A stretch of 64,000 bases of DNA, taken from positions 62,001 through 126,000 of the forward strand of contig OZ287707.1 in the NCBI GenBank assembly GCA_965649825.1, written 5' to 3'. This stretch comes from Penicillus capitatus. Its lineage: Eukaryota; Plantae; Chlorophyta. Below are positions 1 through 10,669 of the stretch, in pieces. The position numbers were made by a program, and so were the translations under genes. Positions within the stretch are counted from its first letter, which is position 1. Each line of letters opens with the position of its first letter. Below the pieces are notes generated by a model. That model was not told the DNA's origin. It searched no databases and saw only the letters and a list, made by a program, of their open reading frames with translations.

Positions 1-32
1 TTTCTTAGCAGCAGATGATAATGATGAGCACA

Positions 33-479
33 CTACCTAATGGAGAGAATTTGGTTGCCGCCTGGACAGGTAAAAATTGGCATGTTTGCTTCATTCGGCG
101 TGGCGCCCGTGATGTTAAGACTTCCATGGATTTTGATGGTTTCTCTCACAGGCACCTGAATGCCCTCGGCAACGTAGATCATTGCCTCCATGCTGATGGC
201 GCAGTCCACAACGGACTGGAGATCGCTGTCAACTTCATCGATTAATGATTCGTTTAATTTCCATGTGTTATTTCTCGAAGAGTAGAAATCACGTCGAACG
301 GTTTCTGACAGATGGCAATGCGTTCCTGAAGCAAACATGCCCTTTGGGGTAAAACCCTCGATTGACCGCAAACTCCTACCAGCATTCAACAAGTTGAGCT
401 GCTGTAGTCGTCGTTCAGGGAAAGATGCGCTCGCGGCCTTGTCGTCAATAAGCGCCAACCTCCCATGCACTTTCTCCAT
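33..479 (-). CDS. Uncharacterised exon of a gene that probably runs off the left edge; upstream exons possibly at about 640-921
   Basis: 148-codon open frame with no family recognised. A candidate first exon ATGAGCGAGAACACTGTCAACGAG|gtaaaa starts at 921. Confidence 0.35.
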   Translation of the reverse strand: MEKVHGRLALIDDKAASASFPERRLQQLNLLNAGRSLRSIEGFTPKGMFASGTHCHLSETVRRDFYSSRNNTWKLNESLIDEVDSDLQSVVDCAISMEAMIYVAEGIQVPVRETIKIHGSLNITGATPNEANMPIFTCPGGNQILSIR

Positions 480-1272
480 GCTTGCCGCATCCCCAAGGCG
501 AGTTTCATCGACTCCTCCTCCATTCGCAGAACCTCAATGTACAACATCTATTAAGACTCAAGACAGTCAAGAAGAAAAACACGGATGTCTATGAGCTATG
601 AGAATTGTCTGTTGTCGGTTTGGATTCGTCTTACCAGTAACAAACAATGTCAGGCCAAAAAGATGCCACAGTAAAGACAACTTCATTCCCAATGAATGGC
701 TAGAGGAACCAGCAACAGAACTCTTCTCCACAGTCAGCGAAATCTAGTTACGGTCCTGGTTCATATGTTTTTCCGTATAGCGGTTAGAATGATCAGTTGT
801 GTCACATATACGATAAAAAAAGAGAGACAGTTACATTTGGTGCTAGAAGGATGAACGACTATTCTTTCTCACTATGATCTCTCTTTTGACTTTTTACCTC
901 GTTGACAGTGTTCTCGCTCATGACTCCTGTTTGTTAGATCGAGAGCAACTCTTCGTTTGAGTGAAATATGCTGGAGAATCAACAAAGGTCTGGCATTCTT
1001 AGGACACATTTCCAGTAAGCTCGAAAGATAAGCAATTGAAGAAGGAGAATTTAATTACCAGCGATGACTACCAACAATGACTAGCTGTCTCGAACATTGC
1101 TTAATGACTAACAAATCTTCTCTGTGCCTGCAGAGGTTCCGTGAGATCAGCGCAACAAATCAGAAGAACGTTTAGAACAACTACCACTTCTCAAGACTGT
1201 AGATGATTCCATAGAGATTTTTGTTTACAGCCAGAGATCATCCAGGAACATGTGAAACCATCGAAGAATTCT

Positions 1273-2127
1273 CTATGCATGGGCAGAACGTGCACCTGAC
1301 CTCAATCGTGTTGCTTTGAGCATCTTTCCTCTTTTTGCACTTCTTCCCACCGTCTCTTCCTAACAAGACCATAGATGCATCTTCAGAATACTGTCAACCG
1401 CAATGAAATGTTAAGGAGATGGCGAAAAGGGGCTCAGATGTAAAATATTTGTCGTCAAGCAAACTAAGCAACATCTCAGAGACTTCACTAGAGTCCATCA
1501 CAGCCCATGTCACTGTCCATACATACACCCATACCTCTTCTGGCTGAACGGGCTGCTCCTTTTCACAGAGAATCAATTCGATGTGAGCAGGTGAAGACAT
1601 GTATGGATTGATTCTTCCGTGTGCTCTGTACGTCCTTCTCCTCTGCTTCATCGCCCGGTTACACTGAATGTGATAGACGTACAGATTTTCGATGTCCAAC
1701 CCTTTCAACTAACACCATCCAATATTGCAAGACATGTCGACAGAGACACAAGATCGCACTTCTGCATTACTCTCGGCATTCTTGAGAAGGTTCAGGATGA
1801 TCTTGACAGCTTTGACGGGCCAACGTCCCTGTCCAGTGGTACTCCCCTCGTTCTTGGCCTGAGAGGTTCTCCCGACTCCACCGCAGTAACGGCGGAAAGG
1901 AATACAACGTTTGTGCTCCAGAACCGCTTCGAGGTATTTCTTCGCCTTATCGAGCGGCAGATCCTTGATCGCTTTGCCCGTTTCACGTGCTGTCTTAAAC
2001 CGCACTCGAGAATCTGATCCTCGTGCCTGAAACGAGGCCCATCGATTTGTTGACGCCCACAAACGAACGAACACACTTTACACGCTTTCGTCGGGTGAGG
2101 CGGATCGGCTGCGTAAGTCTTTCCCAT
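1273..2127 (-). CDS. RPL17: 60S ribosomal protein L17 (uL22), 4 exons
   Basis: Spliced product [17 protein letters not shown]|[33 protein letters not shown]|[30 protein letters not shown]..|[21 protein letters not shown] introns include 2027-2076 and 1360-1534. Confidence 0.95.
1430..1506 (-). ncRNA. Candidate intronic box C/D snoRNA
   Basis: In the 175-nt RPL17 intron: GGGCT-[C box GTGATGG]..[D' CTGA]..[C' TGACGA]..[D CTGA]-GCCC. The ends form a GGGCT/AGCCC stem; length 77 nt. Confidence 0.7.
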
Positions 2128-2196
2128 TCTCGACGCCGCCACTCAAATGGAATGGGTCAATTGAAGATGACGTACACAACGACGACAACGGACAGA

Positions 2197-3438
2197 ATGC
2201 GTGTTGCCTTTTGCCATCCAGATTTGGGATTGGGTGGCGCAGAGCGTCTTGTCGTCGACGCTGCACTGGAGATACAAGCGCATGGACATCAGGTCGAGAT
2301 TTTTACAGCGCACTACGACCCTGAGCGATGTTTCGCCGAAACAAGGAACGGCCAACTGCCTCCCATTCGGGTCCATGGAGACTGGCTGCCCAGACACCTC
2401 TTTGGAAAGGGACATGCCTTGTTTGCAAGCTTGCGTTGTTTAATTGTGGCTCTGGCCATTTGCAGAAGCCATCTTTCATTTGACGCTGCCTTTGTGGATC
2501 AGGTTTCAACAGTCCTTCCAGTATTCAGATTCCTCAGGCCGTCGATGAAAACACTGTTCTACTGCCACTTCCCAGACCTCCTGCTCTCAAAGAAGGGAGG
2601 TTGGCTTAAACGTCTGTACCGATGGCCATTGGATGCCTTAGAACAATGGACAACGGGTCAGGCAGATCTCGTGGTCGTCAACAGCGCCTTCACTGCAGAT
2701 GTCTTCGCTCAGACCTTTGCTCGATTGCACAGGAGAGGCATTCGACCTGCCATTCTGCATCCAGCTGTACAGATTCCTTCTCAAGAACAACTGACAGATG
2801 CGGATCATTCCTGGAGAGATGAGTTACCCCGAGAACTTGTTCAATTCCTCGAAAGGCCACAGACTGTTACATTCCTTTCCATCAATCGGTTTGAGAGAAA
2901 GAAGAAGATCGAACTTGCGCTCCATTCTCTGCATGACCTTCTCTCTCGGCACACGGAGAGAACACCACAGCTCATTCTTGCTGGAGGCTATGATGCACGT
3001 GTGATGGAAAATGTCAAGCACCTGGAGGAGCTGAAGGCCCTTACTAGGGAACTTAAGTTAGAGGCCTCTGTTTACTTCTTCCCGTCCTTTACTGATCGAC
3101 AGAAGTCCCTTTTGCTTTCTGCCTGTACTGCCGTTCTATACACACCACCCAATGAGCATTTCGGAATTGTCCCGCTAGAGAGTATGGCTTTTGGCTGTCC
3201 AGTCATCGCGTGCCATTCTGGAGGGCCCATCGAAAGCATTGTCCATGGTCAAACTGGATTCCTTGCAGCACCAAAGGCCGATGCTTTTGCCAAACACATG
3301 GAACAAATGTGTCAGATGGATCTAAAAGAAATGGATGAAGCAGGACGCATACACGTCCAAAAGAACTTCTCAAGAGCCATTTTTGGACAGCAACTGGTAG
3401 GAATGCTCACAACCATTGTACAGAAGAAACGACAGTGA
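2197..3438 (+). CDS. ALG2: Alpha-1,3/1,6-mannosyltransferase ALG2, intronless
   Basis: MRVAFCHPDLGLGGAERLVVDAA, FYCHFPD, FLSINRFERKK, GGYD.RV.EN, YTPPNEHFGIVPLESM. Confidence 0.95.
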   Translation: MRVAFCHPDLGLGGAERLVVDAALEIQAHGHQVEIFTAHYDPERCFAETRNGQLPPIRVHGDWLPRHLFGKGHALFASLRCLIVALAICRSHLSFDAAFVDQVSTVLPVFRFLRPSMKTLFYCHFPDLLLSKKGGWLKRLYRWPLDALEQWTTGQADLVVVNSAFTADVFAQTFARLHRRGIRPAILHPAVQIPSQEQLTDADHSWRDELPRELVQFLERPQTVTFLSINRFERKKKIELALHSLHDLLSRHTERTPQLILAGGYDARVMENVKHLEELKALTRELKLEASVYFFPSFTDRQKSLLLSACTAVLYTPPNEHFGIVPLESMAFGCPVIACHSGGPIESIVHGQTGFLAAPKADAFAKHMEQMCQMDLKEMDEAGRIHVQKNFSRAIFGQQLVGMLTTIVQKKRQ

Positions 3439-3477
3439 TGGACGGATCTGCCAAAATTACACGCGAGGTCTCCTTGT

Positions 3478-6079
3478 TCAGTGTTTCTTGGCCTTCTTCT
3501 TGGTGCGATTTTCGAGTCGTCTTCTCCGAGCTTCTTCTTTTCTCAGCTTTTCGAGTCGCAAATTCTTGATGCGACGTCGACTGTCACCTTCAAGATCATC
3601 CCAGTCGAAGGAGAGTTCCTTATCCTCCTGAACAGACGCCCATCCTTCAAATTCCTGAATTCGAATGTCTGTCTTTCCATTCCTCAAGTAATTGGTGCAG
3701 AGGGATCTGCTCAGACGGAACAATATCACATAAAACCAAGAAACAGAACAAACCTCAGTACTGCCGGATCGGCTCTTTGTTTCTCAGGTGTCCCAACGAT
3801 CAGTCCATGCACTCGCAGTCCGAGCTTTTCCTTGGCTCCTGAGAGCTTCCGCATGATATCAGTTCCTGGTTGTCGCAGTTCCCCGTCTGACACGAGAAGA
3901 ATGTCAGAATTCGCCCATTTGGCATCGGTCAATCTACATGGACACGACAGAGCTTCACAACAATGACAACGACATGACTGCAAGAAAGACCGATCAAGGC
4001 ATCGCTTGACAGGCTCGTTGAAATCTGATCCTCCGTTGAAGACCTTTTCAAGGAACTCCAGAAGGTTGTTAACACTCTTCATATCCTGATTTAATTCGAG
4101 TTCCCTCACCTATGACGGGCACATTTCCATCGTGTGCCCTATCGCCAGGCATTCTGCAATGAAGGAACCTCTTGCGGACCGGAGAATGCAAAGACGTAGC
4201 ATCCACGATCTTGTTCTTTTGCTGCTCTCATGCACTCTAGTGTCAGCGCTTTGGCAACTATCTCCCTGGGGCCCTGCCGTGTATACCAATGACATCTATG
4301 ATTCGCGAGACTTATTAGATTGCCTGCATGGATCCAGATGTGTCGACACAGAGTAGAATGGGACCTCTGTCTGCCGTCGGGCGAATCTCTCTTCTCTCCG
4401 GGATGATGTTGGTTGGATACTCGCCCCATCCGTCACGCTCGTATGTCGACAACGCTTTTTCTGCCAGTTTTGAGTAAAAGAGTAACTTTGCTTGGCGTAT
4501 GTGACGTCCTCTGGCAATCAGAGCAGACTCGGCCGGAAGCAACCGAGAGATGTCGTCCGATCGTGTCAGACCTCGTGTCTCCTGTTGCTCGAGAACTGTA
4601 CGTAACAGTCCATCGCGTCCTTTTGGATCGAAGAATTGAATGGGAGCGCGCCTGAGAGGACCCCATCCGCCACCTCTTCCCAGGGAACGTACCAGATCAC
4701 GCAACTCCTGCACAACGACATCAGGAGAGTTTATTACTGTCAACATCGCCGAGAGAAACGTGCCTTGAGATTCTCGAGCTTTCTTCTGAGTTCGTCCATA
4801 TGTGTCCAGCCCTTGCGACTCCACATGTTCCCAGATAATTCGAACACTCCAGAACGGCCACCTCCCAGTAGAACTTCCAGTCCTTCGAAGGCCCTTCCTG
4901 CCTGTGAAGAGGAAAATTCTTCAGATCCATTTGAGGGAATCCAATGATGCCTTTTCTAATGTGCTGATCGGATTGGCCCATTGTTGATAGAGCTCTTTAA
5001 CAGCAGTGATCGCTGCTTTCTTTTCAATTGGCAATCCAGCCAGCGGATCCTTCTTAGGTTTCTTTGCCTTGGCCACCACTTTCTGAGCTTCTTCTGGAAG
5101 CTCTTGTGCCAATCTCGCTGCAGAGGTAATATCAGCATTCATCAGCCAGACCGGTCGGTAATTAGTGTGGATAGAATCACACCTGCTCGCTGCTCTTTTT
5201 CTTTCTGCTTTATTTCCTTCCAGGACATGTATGCATTTCCGTGAACATCTTTTTCTACTTCCGTTTCCTCCTCGGGGATCCTGTTTGTGCCGTTTAAACT
5301 TCCCATGGGGTTTCCACTATTGATCGCACTTACTCAAGGACAATCCTATAGTACTTGCAGACGCACTGGATGATGCTGAGAATAAGAGCTTCCAGCACTC
5401 CAGGATATTTCTTTGCAAAACGTGCAGCCCCCAACTTCGCCAAACCTCTGGGAATGAAACGCAACACCGTTGCATCTGATGATTAAGAAAGGTGGCAACA
5501 AGCAAATTCGAACACCTTTGAAGTGTTTCTCTTAGCGGTTCAGGTGGCCACCGAAGTTCTCCGACTGCCCTTTCTGCCAAAACAGATTCGTTCTCGTGGA
5601 TGAGCTGTTTCAATGTCTCGTCATCTGGCAGCAGTCCGCGCTCCAAAGATTTCTATACATTGATCTCCGCCCTCGTCAAAGTGTCAATGACCGTCGGCTA
5701 TACCCGCCAAGTGGATAATCCCAATGCACTTTCCTGAATGGCAGGACTCGAATCCCCATGCTCGTTCGACCTGAGATCGACACCGTTGAAAACCGAGCCA
5801 CCACGGAGATACTTGTTATTGCGACCGTATGTGAGCCAATCGAAGGATCCAAGGCAGATGGGACGTGTTGATTTCTCCAAGCTGCCCCAGTCCTTGAACC
5901 AATGCATAATGTCCTCCTTCTGTGATCCCTTTAGCCGTTTGCTGAACGACTGCCGCGTTATGGACACGCAGAAACGAACGCTGACGACATCTGTTTCTGG
6001 AGCAATGTCGGATCGAAACAGGTGTCCTTAATCCGACGCCCTTCAGAAGAGGGGATCGGAGACTCTGCACGTCGAACAT
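3478..6079 (-). CDS. viaA: ViaA-like von Willebrand A (MIDAS) protein with N-terminal targeting-like extension; alternative start 6121
   Basis: Spliced: GLTRSDDISRLLPAE..LLFYSKLAEKALSTY..GPILLCVDTSGSMQ|GPREIVAKAL..CYVFAFS..FNGGSDF..KWANSDILLVSDGE..LGLRVHGLIVG. This matches the ViaA architecture. Three GC-AG introns (4274-4323, 4708-4763, 4902-4950). Confidence 0.85.
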
Positions 6080-6159
6080 CAGAGACGTGAGATCGCGAGA
6101 TCGTGTCTCTGCATGTCCCATCGTCTTGGCATTGCGTTCCGCAGATCTTACCGCAGAGG
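6080..6159. promoter_or_regulatory. Putative bidirectional promoter and 5'UTRs shared by viaA-like and ravA-like genes
   Basis: Only 80 nt (38 nt with the 6121 start) between divergent ATGs. 7-bp inverted repeat CAGAGAC 6080-6086 / GTCTCTG 6105-6111 encloses GAGATCG x2. Confidence 0.5.
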
Positions 6160-7973
6160 ATGATGCACCGTGGAACCCTCACGGCTTCGAGCCGTGTCAT
6201 CTTCGCCTCTCAGCCACGCTACGTTGCTCACCGATGGATATCGCCAACTGGATTCGCGCGACGCATTGGGTCGATACACAGACGACCTGTTGAGCCATTT
6301 CCTGTCAGAGAGAGCTCAAGTGGCGACGTGATCTGCCAGGCAGTGAAATCGGCAGAAGCTGGAGAGCAACTGGATGAAGCAGCCATGCAGCTGATTTCAG
6401 AAATTAGCAGCTCTGCGGATACCTATGTCAAGGATCTCGCTCAACAACATCTGGATGCGACGAAACAAGAATCCACGTTGCTTCCCGAATCCACTGAACT
6501 TCGTAATAAAGTGATGAAGTCGATTCTCGATCTGCAGAACGGACTGCTCGAACGCGAAACGGAAGTTCGTTTGCTGCTATTGGCTGCATTGTGCGGAGAG
6601 CACCTGCTTCTGTTGGGACCCCCAGGTTTGCTTCTTACTTAAAGGCAGATCCGATGAATGCTCTGATTTGAAGGAACTGCCAAATCTGAGCTGTCGAGAA
6701 GACTGAGCTCTCTCTGTGGTGGGAAATACTTCGAACGCCTTCTGACGCGATTCTCAGTTCCCGAGGAACTCTTCGGACCTCTGTCCATGAAAGGTCTGTC
6801 AAAGGACATATATTTTCGCTGTTGACTGCATGTTATTCTTGAAAGGGTTGGAGAATGATCTGTACATTCGACAAATCGATGGGTATTTGCCAACAGCTGA
6901 GGTGGCCTTCATCGACGAAATCTTCAAAGCCAATTCAGCTATTCTCAATGCTCTTCTCACACTTTTGAATGAACGGTGAGATTGTGCGTTTATCACACAA
7001 AAGATTGATCGCCTTTGTCAGATTGTTTGATAATGGAAATGAGCGTCTACCTGTGCCTCTGCTTTGTCTTGTTGGCGCTTCTAATGAACTGCCAGAGAGT
7101 GAAGAATTGGATGCCCTTTACGATCGGTTCTTGATTCGACGACAAGTCTCGCAGGTTACAAGCGGCCAGTTGCCCAAACTGGCACGCTTGGCTGCTGGCA
7201 GAGAGGGGTTTGCAGATGCCTCGTTATCTTCCGATTCAGGTGACGCTTTTGATTTGGATGATGTCCAAGATCTCTCCCTGGAAGACTTCAAATCTGTCGC
7301 TTCACTCGCCTACCAGGCTGTCGATGTACCTGAGACTGTGATCGACATCCTGACATCCCTCAGAGATTATCTGCAGGACAAATGCGAACCTCCAATTTAT
7401 GTATCGGACCGAAGATTCATGAAAGCAGTACAAACACTTCAAGTGGCTGCCCATTCCGACGGACGTGTGGAAGTGAATGAGTATGACTGTCTCCTGCTGG
7501 AACATGTGTTTGGCAATCGACCTGACGATGCACAGAAAGTGAAGAGCTATGTGATCGAGACCATCGCCTCGGATCCTGGATTGCAGCAATCGATGCTAGT
7601 CTTTCTGGGACTCTTCGGGAGAGCCTGCAGAATTCTCGAATCGGCATCCTACGATGAACTTCCTGAGGTCCGAGGGGAATTGGCGTCTCTGGTTGACTTG
7701 TTGAAATCCAGGCATCAAGCATTGACATCTAATCTGGAAGGCCAGTACCCAGAACTCCGAAGAACTGTATGGCAGAGCGAAGCAACAGTCCAAGCAGCCA
7801 TCCAGGCATTGACGCCTCAGATGACAGAGAACAAGAAGAAGGTGATCGACTTGCTGAAGGAGATTGCGACAGTGAACTGCTGTCTGGAGAAGAACGTATC
7901 GAGTGGCGTGCTGGAAAAGCTCTTGCCCAAACGCTACAAACAGTACAAGAAGGGCATTTCAGGCGAAACGTAG
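6160..7973 (+). CDS. ravA: RavA-like MoxR-family AAA+ ATPase with N-terminal targeting-like extension, 4 exons
   Basis: [28 protein letters not shown]|TAKS (Walker A), [48 protein letters not shown] (Walker B), [15 protein letters not shown]. Three GT-AG introns of about 46-51 nt. Confidence 0.9.
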
Positions 7974-8031
7974 CATATCGAGAACACGTTATGTTTCCAA
8001 CACGGTTTTGTTCAATATTTTAATCGGTCGT

Positions 8032-8966
8032 CTAACATGAAGGCCCTCCAAACAGCTCTAACAGCGCATCTGTCACTTCTGAGGCATCTGGATCTGTCAC
8101 AGGATCAGGAATCGGTTCGATTTGAGTGTAGGATCTCTCATCCTTAGGCTTGCCAGCATTGTGCTGTCGTCCACTCTGCACACAGACAGCCATTGAGTCA
8201 GTCCCACGCATCTACTCTGTTGAAGGCACATTTTCCATTCTTTTGGCAGCTTGCATGCGATTCATATAGACTTCTTGTTGTTTCTTTGCATCTGCCAGTT
8301 CCTGTTGGATCTCTCTCTGATACAGCATCTTTCTATAGCCTGCACAGAAGATGTTTGAATGCTTTGGAGCACAGGCAATGCGACGTACGGATCCCTTCCA
8401 ACAGATGATCCCATTTGAACTTCGACAAGTATTTGACACACCAGATCTCTTCATAGAAGGGATTGTGTTTCTTGCCGCCGATTGACTCTCCATTGTAACG
8501 CCGGACGAACTTCTTGGCAATCTTCTTGTCCATAAACTCCACCCATCCCTCCACATAGCCTCGTTTCTGCCACCCTCCATTCCGTTTGCGTTCTTGATAG
8601 TCCTCCACATCTGAATGCAGATAAAGAACAGACACATCTTCAATGTCTCCGAAGAATACTCCCAAGACACCTTCTGTGGCAAAGTGTATTCTGCCAATCG
8701 CACCGTACTCGCCCAATATCCGACGACATATTCGCGGATTCTGTCCCAAGAATTCTCAAAGACGGTGTGACACGAACGCTCTATCGCACCATTCTTGGAG
8801 GTATTCGGCCCAGATAGACAATTCCTAAAGCAAATGGACTCCTTTCCGTTCTCTGCCCCCGTCGGTTCTAGGCGAGAAAAACCATACCTCTGTTCTCGAA
8901 GCTCTTCTTCACGATCTCGAGATTCTTCTTCGAGAATCGTTTCTTGCGTTTCTTCTTTCCATCCAT
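8032..8966 (-). CDS. ESF2: Pre-rRNA processing factor ESF2/ABT1 (RRM)
   Basis: Spliced GIVYLGRIPPRM|NPRICRRILGEYGAIGRI..YVEGWVEFMDKKIAK..IGGKKHNPFYEEIWCVKYLSKFKWDHL. Confidence 0.9.
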
Positions 8967-9060
8967 TCGATGGGAGAGATCCACAGTGGACGCTTCTATC
9001 TTTGTTTCAAAATCGCCCATGCCAAAGAGTGTTCAAGACTAAGGACAAAATCGTTCCTAA

Positions 9061-9074
9061 TAATGGCGCCATTA
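9061..9074. promoter_or_regulatory. Perfect 14-bp palindrome TAATGGCGCCATTA between ESF2 and PheRS starts
   Basis: Sequence is its own reverse complement and lies in the 143-nt divergent gap. A regulatory role is inferred, not shown. Confidence 0.35.
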
Positions 9075-9109
9075 ACTTGAACCTTTTCAGATTTCTTGCC
9101 ACACGTGCA

Positions 9110-10441
9110 ATGACAGCAGTGCGTCGCGTCTTGTCAAAGGGAACAGCTACGGCGCTCTCTTGTTGTCTCTCAAGGCCTCGAGCACCGATCTTCACTTCAC
9201 AGGCATCACGGCTCATTCCCGTGAACAGCATTTCTTCTCGACGTTTGGACAGAGCCCTGAGTGTCGCGGCTGTGCCAACGTCGTCGCTCTCTAAGGATGA
9301 GCTGATCAATGATGACCCAGCAAACAACATCACAGACACGATCTTCGGCAAAATTGGTGTCAATCTCCATCAGCAACCGAATCACCCACTCTGCACCATC
9401 AAGACTGCCATCCACAACTACTTCACCTCGGTACTTCTCAATCCATTTGCCAAAGAATACATTTAAGCATCACAAGTGTAGTTGAATTCTGTGGAATTCC
9501 GAACATTCGACGAGTTCTTTCCGATTGTTTCGACCAAAGCCAACTTTGATGAATTGCTCATTCCGCAAGATCATGTTTCACGGAGTCCCAACGATACATA
9601 CTACGTGAACAAAGAGACCGTATTGAGATGTCACACATCGGCCCATCAAGCAGAATGCCTCAGAATGAAGGAAAAGGCCTTTCTGGTGACAGGAGACGTG
9701 TATCGCAGAGATGCCATCGATGCGACACATTACCCCGTCTTCCATCAGACAGAAGGCGTCCGTGTCTTCTCCGAATCAGAATGGGCAGCAACAGGACTGA
9801 GTGCCATACAGTTTGTGGAGAAGGATCTCAAAGAAACACTGGAAGGATTGGCGAAATTCCTCTTTGGAGATGTGGAATGCCGATGGGTCGATGAATACTT
9901 TCCGTTCACGGATCCGTCTTTCGAGCTGGAGATCTTCTTCAAAGGTGAATGGATGGAAGTACTAGGCTGTGGCGTTATGCAGCAGGCCATTTTGGACGAG
10001 AACTTTGGCGCAGGATACAAGGCTTGGGCGTTTGGATTGGGATTGGAAAGATTGGCTATGGTTCTCTTCGATATTCCAGATATCCGTCTGTTCTGGTCGA
10101 CGGATTCCAGATTTCACAAACAGTTCAAGGAAGGAGACATGACGACGAGATTCAAGTCGTTCTCCAAGTACCCCCCTGTCTACAGAGACATAGCCTTCTG
10201 GTTATCTCCAAAATTCTCTGAGAACAATCTTTGTGAGCTCATTCGTGGTATTACGGGTGATCTCTGCGAAGAAGTGAAGCTGGTTGACAATTTCACGCAT
10301 CCAAAGACAGAACGCACGAGCCATTGCTATCGTATCACCTATCGATCGAATGAGCGCAGTCTGGTGGACGAAGAGGTGAATGAACTTCAGTTGCAAGTTC
10401 GCAACACAGTGGTTGATGAATTGCAAGTTGAGCTCAGATGA
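9110..10441 (+). CDS. FARS2: Organellar monomeric phenylalanyl-tRNA synthetase (FARS2 type), 2 exons
   Basis: LHQQPNHPL, NFDELLIPQDHVSRSPNDTYY, LRCHTSAHQ, HYPVFHQ, FPFTDPSFELEI, WAFGLGLERLAM, C-terminal FDX-ACB domain. Ser/Arg-rich presequence. Confidence 0.95.
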
Positions 10442-10669
10442 ATGACACTCCGTTTTCTCATACTAGGCTGGTTTAAAAGGAGCATCTGTATGTAACAGCA
10501 AGAGTTAACTCGCGTAAGTACAGGTCTCCTCAAAGAGGAGCGTTTGCTGAGGCGATATACACGCAGCAGACGAGATATAACGGATCTCAAATACCAATGT
10601 CCAAATTCTAGTCGATAGATAGATACTGTATCATTTAGGATGCGTCATTCTTTACTAGGAAGCTTATTC

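Noticed and set aside
2023-2196. N-terminal extension of the ALG2 ORF
   Set aside because: It overlaps RPL17 exon 1 and intron 1 on the opposite strand; homology starts at MRVAF (2197).
3478-7973. ravA/viaA as bacterial contamination or a fresh prokaryotic insert
   Set aside because: Both genes contain multiple spliceosomal introns of the local size class and abut ALG2 and ESF2 within 60 nt.
8795-9109. N-terminal extension of the PheRS ORF
   Set aside because: It is antisense to ESF2 exons; the ATG at 9110 gives a normal presequence.
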